From assembly GCF_006345805.1 (NCBI RefSeq), contig NC_043001.1:50468001-50532000 (forward strand): 64,000 bases of DNA, given 5' to 3'. The number at the start of each line of letters is the position of its first letter. The first letter of the stretch is position 1. Position numbers and translations under genes: made by a program. Positions 40,401 through 53,700 of the stretch are shown here, one piece after another. Source of the stretch: Octopus sinensis. Lineage: Eukaryota. The notes beneath the pieces are model-generated. The model searched no databases. It had not been told where the DNA came from and saw nothing but the letters and a program-made list of their open reading frames with translations.

Positions 40401-43400
40401 GCATATTGTCAAAGGTCTCTGTCACTAGTCACCACCTATGTGAGGTCCATCAATTTTAAAACAAATGATATGGACGCCCATGTGTAACAAGATTTTCAGG
40501 AACATAGCCCTTCCGTAATCTGGGAATGACTGTTAGCTGTTTGAAATGTCAGCCTCAAAGAATTATATATATAGTATGTGGCTGTGTCACTGAGATGTTT
40601 TCTTCCAAACCACATGGTTTCAGGTTCATTCCCACTGCGAAGCACCTTGGAAAAGTGTCTTCTACTATAACCCTGGGCTGACCAATGCCTTGTGAGTGGA
40701 TTCTGCTGAGGTCGACTTTGCTGTTCATCCTGTCAGGGTTGATAACATAAGTACCACTCAAATACTGGGGTCAATACAACTGACTCACCCCTTCCCAGAA
40801 TCTGCTGGCCTTGTGTCAAAATTTGAAACCAATATTAGGTCAATGTAAATACTCAAACTAAGGCACCAAGCTGGTAGAATTGTTACTGCACTAGGCAAAA
40901 TGTTTAGTGGAATTTCACTTGCCATTACATTCAGAGTTCAAATGCCACTGGGGTCAACTTCGCCTTTCATCACTTCAAGGTCAATAAAATAAACACTAGT
41001 TGCTGGGTCGATGTAATCAACCAAACTTGCTGACCATGCACCAAAATTTGAAGCCAATACAAAAATATTCAAACTTACCTAGCAGGAAACTGCAGTGGAT
41101 TCAGAGTCCAACCTTTTGCAGTAAGTGCATCAGACAGACGATAGATATCAAACTCCTTTGAAGTAAAAGCAATAACAGACATCTTAGGATCACCTAGTAC
41201 CTCAATACTATGGATGTTTTTCAGACTGAAATAGAAATCAGTAAGGTTTTAGGTTAACTAAAGTTCTGGTAAGTTTCCATTTATAACTAGTTCATTTCTA
41301 TGATAGTTATAGAACTGGTTGATATAAGAACAATGCAGAGCAGAAACTCTGAAGAATAATAAAATGAAAAAGGAAAAAAAGAAGGAAAAACTGAAAGAAA
41401 ATGGTTAAGTGTCAAGAATAATAATTATTTGTGCTATTATTAGTAATTATTTAGAATCTCTGAACAGAAGGATCTTTCTGCTAAAGGGCAGTTTTATCCT
41501 TATCTTTCAGCCAAAGAAGCCATGCACCAACAGACAGTAGAGCTTGGTGCAGTCTTCTGACTTTCCAGCTCCTGATAAACCAGCCAACCTAAGCTAGCAT
41601 AAAAGTAAGATGTTAACTGATGATGATAATGATGATGATGACTTTCACCAATATGATTTTATATTCACCATCATCATTTAACATCCATGCTCCATGCTGG
41701 CAATAATTCTGAAAATTTAGTGTCAGGTTGCTCTCAAGCACAACTGGTAACATGTAACTCAGTACAACCTGTCACATGTTTGGATCATTGGTAACTAAGC
41801 CAGTAACCCCACCAGGCTTGCTTGGTGAGGAGTGTGATTTATTGGACATCCTGCAGGAACAATAAACAAAACCCATCAAAGGGCAGAGGAACACAAGAGA
41901 GTCAACAACTATCCAACAATGTGAGATGGCACATGGCCTAATGGTTGGGACATTGCATTCATGATCTCAAGATCATCATCATCATCGTTTAACGTCCGTT
42001 TACCATGCTAGCATAGGTTGGACAGTTCAACCGGGTCTGGAAAGCCAGGAGGCTGCACCAGGCTCCAGTCTGATCTGGCAGTGTTTCTACAGCTGGATGC
42101 CCTTCCTAACGCCAACCACTCCGTGAGTGTAGTGGGTGTTTTTTACGTGCCACCAGCACAGGGTCAGAAGAGGCTGGAAAACGGCCATGATCGGTTGGGG
42201 CTTTTATGTGTTACCGACACGGACACCAGTCAGGCGGCGCTGGCATCTGCCATGTTCGGACAGTGCTTTTTTACGTGTCACCAAGACGGGTATCTTAACT
42301 ATAATTTCCATTTGATTTTTATTTTGATGTTGGTGTTGACATACTTGACTCAGTAGGTCTCCTCAAGAACAGCGGGTCATGGTCTTAATTCCCAGATTGG
42401 CTGTTCATTGTGTTCTTGAGAAAAACACTTGATTTCATGATGCTCCAATCCACTGTGCTGTAAATGGGTAATCTTGTGAAAGACTGGCATACAAAGGTGA
42501 GATGGTGACTCTGATAAATCACCTGAATGGTCGTCTCACAAGTCATGTTTCGTATTCAGCCATCAAAGAGATGAATAGTACAACCCGTACTATGAATCCT
42601 AACTGGCTGGGATTGGTTGTTCAAACACATTGAAGGATAAATAAATGAAAGTAAATGCTGCTAAAGACATCCAAGGGTGACGATTATTAAACCTGGTGAT
42701 TGATTAAGTCTCACAACCCAATACTCATTGATACTCACTTTGAATTCAAATTTAAATGTAATTCAATTGAACCATTAAAGAAAATTAAAGCATAAAATAT
42801 AAATGTTGTAATTACACTTTAGCCATAGCTCGTGCTGTAGAGATGATTTTCCAGGCAGCATCAACGTAACCTTCCATTCCAGTAAACATCATAGTTGCCC
42901 AACAAGAAGCAATTTCTGAGCCTGCTCGGCTACCTAGAGAAAAATTCAATAAGAGATGTTAAGTAAAGCATTCTACATAATAGATGATGGCTATGGTATG
43001 CCTACCCTTACAATTTGCATCTCCAGTCTGGAACACCCATCTTGTCCAGAATATTGATCTATAAGAAGTTAGCCAGAGATGTGTAACCAAATGAACACCC
43101 TCCATCTGTTACTTCCCATTTTTTGATATTTTGCCTTTCTGGACATTGACCATAGTAAAGCTTTGACATCTAACAGCTGATATGATAGAAATCCACAAGA
43201 TTATCCACCACCTTTCTAACAACAATCTTAGCCACTTATTTTGAAATAAATATGTTAACCAGCCATGGATATCATCATTATCATCATTATTTAATGTGCA
43301 TGCACTAACATCCTCTTGAAACAGGATTAAATTATTTTGTCCAAAAGCTTCTCTGCTTTCACATCTAGTCACCTGATTGATTTGTTACCACCATCCCACC

Positions 43401-46400
43401 CATGCAAGCACGGGAAGCTGGATGTTAAACGATGGTGATGATGATGATGTGTCTATGTGTTCGAGAAGCTTTGTTTTTTCTAAACACTGTATGGTACTAT
43501 GGGCAAGTATTTTCTATTACAGACTTTGTGAGTGAACTTGGTAGGCAAGAACTGAAAGAAACTCGTTGTATACATACGTGTGTGTGTGTGCGTGTGTGTG
43601 TGTATCTGTGTCCCCTTGTGTAGACATCATGTGGTGCTTGTAAATGAACACCATCATTTCCAGTCTTCTGAGAAAAATATACTTAACTATGGAAAAATAT
43701 TACATTGTTTGGAAAACGAGTTAAGGTTGGTGACAGGACGATCATCCAGCACTAGAAAATCTGCCTCAACGCCAACAAACACTGTCCGACCCATGAAAGT
43801 ATGAAAAAGTGGATGATGATGATGATGATGATGACGACGACATCGATGATGATGATGATGAGGAAGAAGAGGAGGATCTCTCAAAATTGTGTTTCCATTT
43901 GCCAACGCACTCCTAATGAGGTAGACTCATTACACAGTTGTTCAAACTGCTGGATATGGTGGAGGTGCGGTGATGGTGGGAAATGGAAAACAAAAGAAAA
44001 AATAGAAAGAGACAAAAACATCACAATACCTGCAAATGTGGGAGTAGCATATATTCCACCGGGCCAATTTGTAATGCTAAACCACTGGAATTTACGATAG
44101 TTGGGGTCTTTGTACATCAAAACAGCAGAGCCTTTAGGTGCTTGACCATACTGGAAACAACATTAAAACAATGATTTAATAACAAAAACATTTCAAAACA
44201 TAAAAAAAGAACTGAAAGCAAAAAGCAACAAACTAAAATATTTATGAGACTCTCGAAGGCTCAATCTGAAAATTAATGACAGAACAAAAACAACATTAGC
44301 ATCTGTCACAGCCACAGCTGGTTGAAGCTGTCTAATTTATTAGTTCCCAATACTGAGAGATAAATATATATAGAAATGTTCGTTTAAATGATGCTTAATT
44401 TTATGAAAGAAAGATAAACAATAAAACTTTACCTTGTGTGTGTCTGCTGAAATACTTGTTACACCGGGGAGACGGAAATCAACTGGGTCCATATGGAAAC
44501 CAGCTTTCTCCAGAAATGGAACGAGGAAACCACCCAAACAACAATCACAGTGAACTGGAATGTTGTACTTTAAACCAAGCTGGAGGAATTATTTTGAAAA
44601 TAAAACAGAAGAGAAAACATATTTATTAAAAAATATAAACAAACATGTTAATTAGGAAAAGGTATTTAAGACTTTTAAATTTTATTAATAAATAATTTCC
44701 AACAGGGGCATAAGGCAACACATTTTTGGGGAGAGCACAACTGATTTAGTTGTCCTATGTGTGTCTTCTAGGATCTCGAGCATCCTCCATCTGATTGCGT
44801 TCAAATTTGATATGTAGATACCAATAGTATCAGGGCGTGTATAAGCCTTGAAAATGATACCAAGTAAATAGAAACTGTGTGGAAGACTGTCTAATGGACT
44901 TTACCTATAAACCAAAAGTTCACTTCTGTGATTTATGATATGCTGATTTGGCTGACAATTTATGTTTTGGATACACATGTAGTGGATCTTGCATGCATGA
45001 AGTGGATTCGATCCACCATAACCAAATTTAAATTAACACTGTAACAGAACTTTTCCCACGGTAGAACAATGGTTTTTCTCTGACAGCAGTTTTACATTTT
45101 CCAGATGCCTTTAGCTAGGGCAAAATAATGTCTTCACCACTTGACCCTTTCTAACCTCTTCTACTTCACCAATAGCTAGAATAGAGATAACAAAACCACC
45201 AACTAAATCTATTGTTCTCAATGATATATCTATCCTTCTGGATAGTTATAAAAGCAAGAACACCCCAAGCAAAAATCAGTCAGTGACAACTCAACGAGTC
45301 CAGTCACATGGTGACAACTTAACCAAGTAGTCACTTGGCAACAACTGAGCGAGGCAGCTCGTGACGACTCAATTAGTTAGGGAACAAACTGCTAGAATCA
45401 TGATAACAAGGAATGCAGCTACTAAAGACAATGGTCAGCAAGAGAAATGAAGTTTACTGTCAGCAACTGTGAGACAACACCCTACAACTCTCACTAGCTC
45501 TAATTCTGTTCTCTTACAACATCATTCTATCGCTATCTGTGGTTTACTACTAACAATTTGCGTACGCCAAACTATACAAAGAAAAATTCTACCACATCTA
45601 ACTTTCTTTCACATGCTCTCGGATGTTATAACCTGCCCGTCGAGGTAAGGTATTTTTCAACATAACGGTAAATAAATACTTTCTTAAAACTTCATGCATT
45701 GTTCATCTTTCACATCCTACAGTAAGCAATTATAACAACAAATTTTTATCATTACAACTGTTGACTCCGACATTTCATAATATTGTGTACCTAATCATAT
45801 TTATCGTTACACACATGTCTGTAGGATATCCAACCACTTGCATATTAATTTAATAAGTCAAATATTCAATTCATCAAACAACTGAAATTGTCAAAACCAA
45901 CAGACAACCCAATCCATCAATTCAAACTTAATAAAAGCCTTTATATTATGTAACTATGCCAAACACAAAACACAGCTCTCTTCAATCTACCTACTTAGCA
46001 AATAGGTTCTATGTCTACTCTACAGTTGAGTAAGATAACTATAACAGGTTAAGTAGCAGCTGTGAAAACAATTTCTCCATCAATATCTAAATATACACAA
46101 TTGCATAATTGTGTGTACAAGCATGATAAAATAAAAGTGTGTGTGCACACACACACACATGTGTTTTTGAGTAGACATGCTGACCAACTAATGAAATACT
46201 CATATCCTATTACAAGTGTTATGTCACATACCAGGATGGGACACTTAACTTTCAATGATTTCCATCATGAAAAATTGAAATAGCTGCACAGAATCAACAT
46301 ATTGGGTTGTCTGGAACGTTTGTGCCAGTTTACAGTAGCTTACCTTTCGACTTATTTTAGAACATGGTTGAGTCCATAAAATAGGATTTGACTACACCTC

Positions 46401-49400
46401 CATTTAGAGCACAGTTTAAGCTATCTTTTCAAGGAAGAAGGTTTATGTTCCAATAATCTGTGTTAATTCTGTAACCCTTTAAAATGGAAGATAAAGTTCA
46501 TTTTCAGCACTTGATGCTTTGGGAACCAGACAAAAATTGCTGTAGCTCAGCTGGGATGTGTTACCCCACCCTCCATATTCACCAGATATTGCTCCTTCGG
46601 ATTTCCACTTATTCAGGTCTCTACAGAATAGTCTTAATGGTAAAAATTTCAATTCCTTGGATGATGTAAAAAGATACCTTGATGAATTCTTTGCCATGAA
46701 ACTACCTCAATTCTGGGAAGAGGGTATTTTCAAGTTAAAGGAAAGATGGAGACGCATTGTGCAACAAAATGGTTCATATTTGGTTGATTAAAAATGTAAT
46801 AGCAAGTATTTATTGACTTTTTCTTTCCTTTAAAAATCGGCACGAACTTTCCAGACAACCCAATACATTTCAACACTGTAAACTAACCAAATGATAACTT
46901 ATTTTGTTTAGAAACAATATCTAATGCTTCTTGTAGCAAATCTTCAAATACATTTTAGCCTTCTTATTTAAGATAGCCTTAAGACAAGTTTATTTATTAA
47001 TTTTTAAATCACATAAATTACAGCAAAATATGATATCAGTCACACTTACCTCGGAAATTTCTGCTATTGGATCAATAATACCATGGGGAAACTGTGGGGC
47101 AGAACCAACTAACTGTAAAAGATAGAATTTTAAAATGAGGTTCATTTTCTAAAAACTTAACCTTAGTAAAAAAAGGGAACCTCTATGTGAGGCCCTAAGA
47201 ATTTTAAAATGAGATTCTTTTTCTAAAGACTTAACCTTAGTAAAAAATGAGAACCTCTATGTGAGGCCCTAAGAATTTTAAAATGAGATTCTTTTTCTAA
47301 AGACTTAACCTTAGTAAAAAAAAGGAACCTCTATGTGAGGCCCTAAGAATTTCAAAATGAAATTCTTTTTCTAAAGACTTAACCTTAGTAAAAAAAAAAA
47401 AAAAGGAACCTCTATGTGAGACCCTAAACCTGTAAGAAACAGCTAAATCCCTTTTACTCTTGTAACCCTTTCGCATTAGTATTACTCAGTCAAATGTAAT
47501 GCTTATTTATTCATACTATTTTGAATTAATCATGCACTACCTTGTAACATCAAGATTTTGATGATGTGATTGTTTATTTCAAGAATGACATTGTAGGGTT
47601 GGTGTGAGAAGCCAGATCTAGCTTGTTTGAAAGTAAAATGGTAGAATATTTGGGCTGGATAGGGCAGGTTAAAATACAAGTAGGTTCAATTGTACTATAT
47701 CATCATTAAAATGGAAGGACACATTCAATAACAATGTCTGAGAAACACTGACTAAAATCTAGAGAGAGAGGTTATGCTGTAATACTTTTGGTCATAGATC
47801 TGGTCAGTCAAAGCTTACCTATACAACAACAGCTATAGCTAAATGAAAGAACCTCTGTGTGGTCATCAAACCTACAAGAAAAATCAACTAAATCTCTTTC
47901 AAATCATACTCTACCATGTTAAAAAAATGAAGGATTGTATTATGTAGTCCAAGGTAGACTAAGACCAAAAGACTAGATGGTCATGGCTGGAATGCCTTGG
48001 GTCATAAGTTTGCTCATTTGAAGTCATCTGGAACTAAACATCAAGAATCTAAAATGTTATTATATGCACATCAGAGTAAAGAGATTGTTTTCACACATGA
48101 ACATTTATTTACAAACTGAATGGTGCTTGCCATTATTTAAGACAAAATTACAAGTGCTCAAAGGTTATGAGTAAAAAAAAGGGTTACTGGCAATTCATGT
48201 CTTTTTTTTAAACACTTTAATTCTGCATTTCTTAAGTAGGTCACAGAGAAGTCAGGAACAGGAGCCAAATGTCGCCTGTGAAAGACTGGAATCCTATCCA
48301 GAGTGGGAAGACTTATCCCTCACCCACTTCTTGCTCATTGAAACCGAAGCTAAGCACCAGACATTGAATGGTCTTCATGTTCTTATGAGGTATTTAGATA
48401 TTTACAGCTTATCTGACATTGCATAGATTCCTAAACGAAAAGCTAAATCACTTTAAATCCAATCTACAATTTCCAAAAGTCCTTCTATGACTTAGCTTTG
48501 AACATCTTTAGTGTTTTAGCAGCAACGTTTTGCACCACAGTGTACTGTTAATACAAAAGGGGAGACTTGTTTCAAAGCTAAGCTTTGTAAGCCTCCTTCT
48601 TTACTCAGATGGCATTTTTACCTTTGTGGTTAAACCAGGAAGTTCTTTTACCACTGACACTTTCATCCACAGCATTGTGCAGCTGAACAAGAAACTGTTG
48701 AACAAAACAATCTCCACTCTGATTCAACATCCTCAGTTTGTTCAGGAAGGTCTTTGGAGGAGATGCTTGAGGACTCTACAGCCATGAGACCTTCCCTGAA
48801 TAGTGAACAGAGACGATCGATGGATGAATATAAAAATGGAATGTTAGAATCATACTTACAAGGCATGTGTTTTTATTGATGGCGCGTTTCATAGCATTAA
48901 CATCAACTTTCTTTGTAACAGGGTCTACTGGAATATGAGTAAGCCTCATTCGTAACACCATAGCAGCCTGTGAATGTATAATTAAAAGCAGTAACAATAT
49001 GAATGCTAACATAAGCAGAAAGCTCCATGAAGAGAGGAAACAGTCAGTTCTATGAAACATAGTACCCAGTATCCTTGAAGGATACTTATTTTATCGACTT
49101 TGATAGGATGAGAGTCATGAGATTTAACAAAAACAACAAAAATAATATTTAAAAAAGAAAATATTTTTTTACTGATCAGGATATGTTTGTATTTCAGAAC
49201 TTTATTTCATGCACAATTTCAACGTTTTTTATCCAGTTCAAGGCTTGTATGTTTGATCCTAACCAAAATACATACATACAGAATTCTCTAATCAGTAATG
49301 AACTACTAAAGTTATTAAAATATCAGATGAAATGCCTTGTAGTATTTATTCTGATTCCTTTCATTCTGAGTTCAAATCCCATTAGGATCAACTTTGCTTT

Positions 49401-50353
49401 TAAACCTTCTGGTGTCTACACATTCGTACACTTTGTTGGATATGTGTGTGTGAGAGAGAGAAAGAGAGAGAGAGAACCCTTGTCTAGACATCATGTTATA
49501 TTAAAATTAAGTTAAATAAATTTGGAGATAATTTAATATTAATTTTACTTGATTTTGTATGATTTATTTTAAAGAATTTTTCACTTTCAGAATTGCTCCA
49601 AAGACTGTTCACGCTGCTTTTGAAAAGGTGAATGAATTTAGGGCAGTGAACTGGTAGAATCACCAGAATGACAAACAAGATGCTTCAAAGTGTTCCTTCC
49701 AGCTCTTTGTGTTGTGTTCAAATCCTACCATGATCAGCTTGGGTAGTAGACTCAGTCTATCAACCAATTGAACATCACTCCCTGATCCCCTGAGTAACTT
49801 TAGCAGAGTTCATTCAGCTGTATGCATTCAGGTTCTATCTCAGTCTTATTCCCTCACTCACTCACTCACATCACTCTCAGAGGTCCTGAAAATGATCAAA
49901 GGCACAGTTCTGCCTCCTGCTTAAACAATAAAATAAAAAATGGACCATGGTAGGAAATGAACTCAAAACATATAGAGTTACTAAGTCCAATGTTCTTCTA
50001 ATTCTGGTATCTCAGCATGTTATTTACTTATTCCAGCAATGCAGTCAGTTATTCCATCATACTCAGAAGTAACTAGAAATTAACTTCATTTATCCCAGTA
50101 ATAACTTCTATCATGTATATACTCAGGATAAGATTAGACATACAAGGTCGCTATGGATGATAAGAACATTTAAAACTGTGCATGAAACGTAAGTTCAAAA
50201 GGCTTGGGTACATGGTTCAGAAGCTTGCTTCCCAACCACATGGCCTTGGGTTCAGTCCCGCTACATGACACCTTGGGTAAGTATTTTCTACTATAGTCTA
50301 AGGCTGATCAAAGCCTTGTGAGTGGATTTGGTAGATGGAAACCTGAAAGAAGT

Positions 50354-50393
<40 letters not shown>

Positions 50394-50691
50394 AGTGGCA
50401 TGCTAAGTAGCTTGCTTACCAACAATATGGTACCAGGTTCAGACCAACTGTGTGGCACCTTGGGCAAGTTTTTTCTACTATAGCCTCGGGCCGACCAAAG
50501 CCTCGTTAGTGGATTTGGTAGACAGAAACTGAAAGATGCCCATCGTATATGTGTGTGTGTGTGTATGAATGTATGTATATGTGTGTGTGTGTATAAATAT
50601 ATACACATATATTTATATATATATGTGTGTGTGTGTGTGAATGTATGTATATATGTGTGTGTGTATAAATATATACACATATATTTATATA

Positions 50692-50738
<47 letters not shown>

Positions 50739-53700
50739 ATATAAATGTATGTATGTATATATATAAATATGGATGGATGGATGAATATGCCTGTGTATGT
50801 CTTTGTGCTTGAGTTGTGTTAATCTCTAAGTACCACCACTTGACAACCAGCGTTAGCTTGATTACATCTCTGTAACTTAACAGTTCAGCAAAACACACTG
50901 ATAGAATAAGCACCAAGCTTAAGAATAAATACTGGAGTCAGTTTGTTTGATTAACCCTTTCGTTACTATATTTCTGACCAAAATACACCCCTTATGTGTT
51001 TCAATTAAATTCTAACATAATCATAAATTTAGTCTGGTTTCATTAAACAACTATAACTTTTTTATTTATCAATATATTAATTTGATTTTTGGAAGATAAT
51101 TTAATGAAATGTTCTCAACTAATTCTATACTATAATTTTTGTCACAAAGTGACTCTAATTGCAGGTAGATACAGGTAAATTCAACAAAATATAAAATTAT
51201 TAAAATTTTGTTCAAACATCGCTATAGAAAATGGGTTATTAGCTAATATTCAATTGGGTATACAACAAAATTTTATGATAGAATTTGTTATTCTAGGTAA
51301 CTTTCTGATACCCATAATAATATTTATGGCAAAATAGTCTTAATTTCATTTAAGGTTGTGGGAAACCACTAACTATCCTTTCTTTCGCTTTGTTTACATT
51401 TAGCATAATGGTTCGTTTCCACCGTAATGATTTCAAATAGGCTCATTTGAAAAAGTAAAAAGAAATAGTCTAAGGCTTTACTCTCCTGGGAAAGTCTGTG
51501 GCTTGGTCCAGTTTCTTCAGAAAAATCACCGAAAGAAACAGTTTTTAAATTTTCACTCCATTCAAGTGCCAATTCATTTTCTTTATCGCTGTCGGAGCTC
51601 TCGGATTCACTGTTTTCACTTTCGGAAAATGAAACATCAGATTCATTATCAAATACCACGTGCTTTTTTTTTTCAGTCATAGAGTTAGATTTATCAAGGT
51701 TTTCAGTAGAAAATCCTTCGAATTCTGACTCGCTGCTTGATATAATGAAATTCGTATCCATTTTTTGTCAGAATTACAAATTTTGAAAACACAATAGGAA
51801 CAAATTTCGGAAAAAAATCTCCCAAAATTCACGGAATTAAAATTACACTTCGATTGTTGTACAAAACTGTAGATGAACTGTTTACGAAGTATAATACGTG
51901 TTTTCACGAATGTACTAAAGAGATTTGCTCTGATATTCACATTTAAATATGAAGAGGTAAATACGGGCGGGTTTGGGCAGTTTGGTCACATTAACCAAAA
52001 TTTTTTTCGGGCAGCTTTGGGCGGTTTGGTGACGAAAGGGTTAAACTCTTCGAGGTGGTGCCCCAACATGGCCACAGTCCAATGATTGAAACAAGTAAAG
52101 GTAAAAAGTAAACCTGAGTAGGTGCTTGCACATTCAACCTAATTATGCATGGACATTAAACCATCAAAAAATATTAGTAAACCTATTTTCATCTTTTCAA
52201 GGTCAATAAGGTAAGTACAGTGTAATATCTGGAGATGAGTGAAATCAATTCATTCAACCCAAGTACATCACTGGTACTAATTTAATCAACCAATGAGAAG
52301 TGGAAGACAGTCTTCCACAAGATTTTAATTCAAAATGTAAAGGGAGGTAACTAAAGTTTATTTTGAAAATCTAATGTCCTTATCTATTATAATAAAAGTG
52401 AAATTGCTTGTCTATCTGGGACCCCTGAATCTCAGTCTACGTTTGATCTACATAGACATATTATACCTTTTTGGAACCAGGGATGACGCCAGGATTGAAA
52501 ATCTGTCCTTCATTTGGTTATTGAACATCCAGTATTGGGCTCTAATTTAAAAGGATTTGGGTTGCTACTTCTAGCAGGTAAAGATTGGCTGATTCACACC
52601 ATTTTGGTGGCATTTGTCAGATGACATCACACATCAAGTGGGGGATAAATGACATTTGCCTCGTCAATTTTATGTTGGGATAAGAATTTGGGTCAAATAA
52701 GCCAACAGCTGGAATTCAATTCGGGACTGGAACAATAGAATGACTGTATTACAGAATTAATCATCCATCCTTAACCTCTGATCAGACATCACCAGGGCAT
52801 ATAGTACTTATAGATGTATTATAGTCATGCTACTTAGCTCCCTTTAGTTTGGGGCTGCAAGCCCAATAATCCCTCCACAGGAGCTAGCTTAAAAGTCCGC
52901 ATCTTTATTATAAAGTAGCTTTTAAGCTTTTTTATAATAATGGTACAGTCTGATTTATCTAGTTTTAGCAATTAATGAAATAAAATGAGTGGTGGAGAGG
53001 AAAAAGGCCTTTGTCATTCTGGACATTATGGTTAAAATAAAAAGATACTTTTTAAAATTCATTTTTGGCAATTAAAATCGCACTAAATAACAAAATCATT
53101 TTTGAAAAACATGTAAAATATAGAAAATAAAATTTAACTTTTTTTTTTCTAAAAGAATTAGAATAGTCTCAAAAGTTAATTAAATTTAGGGGCGTCCAGA
53201 AAATACAAAATTCTGTTGTAGTTATTAAACATCATAAAAATAATCTTTAGGTCAGTGGCACTCACCTTATCAAAAGCAGCATGAGCAGTCTTTGGAGCAA
53301 TTCTGAAATTGAAAAATTTTAAAACATTCTAAGTCATGCAAAGTAAAATAGACTTAATATTAAATTATCTCCAAATCTATTTGAATCAATTTTAGAATTG
53401 CAATTATTTTTTATAGAAAGAGGATACAAATTTAAAATAAAAATTCAAGAATTTAACACTTTAAATGTCTACCTCAAACCTACACACTCATGATGCCTGA
53501 TTATATCCAGAATTACAAATCTGAATGTACAAGCCTACCAGCTGAACAAGATACCAATCTGTTGCAAGGTTGAATTTACTCAAGCAATATGAAATAAAGT
53601 GCCTTGAACAAAAACAAATGTCACCAGGTCTGAAAATCAGACACACAACCTAATGATTTGCCTAACAATCTAACAGCAAGGTCACACACTTTCATAACAC

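Noticed and set aside
47123-47427. CRISPR-like array
   Set aside because: Contiguous tandem units without unique spacers; eukaryotic context.
48661-48880. Protein-like + strand frame ([12 protein letters not shown]...) with an apparent ccacag acceptor
   Set aside because: Better explained as the antisense of a LINE linker remnant (ESEWRLF...AAQCCG) plus the reverse of E6.
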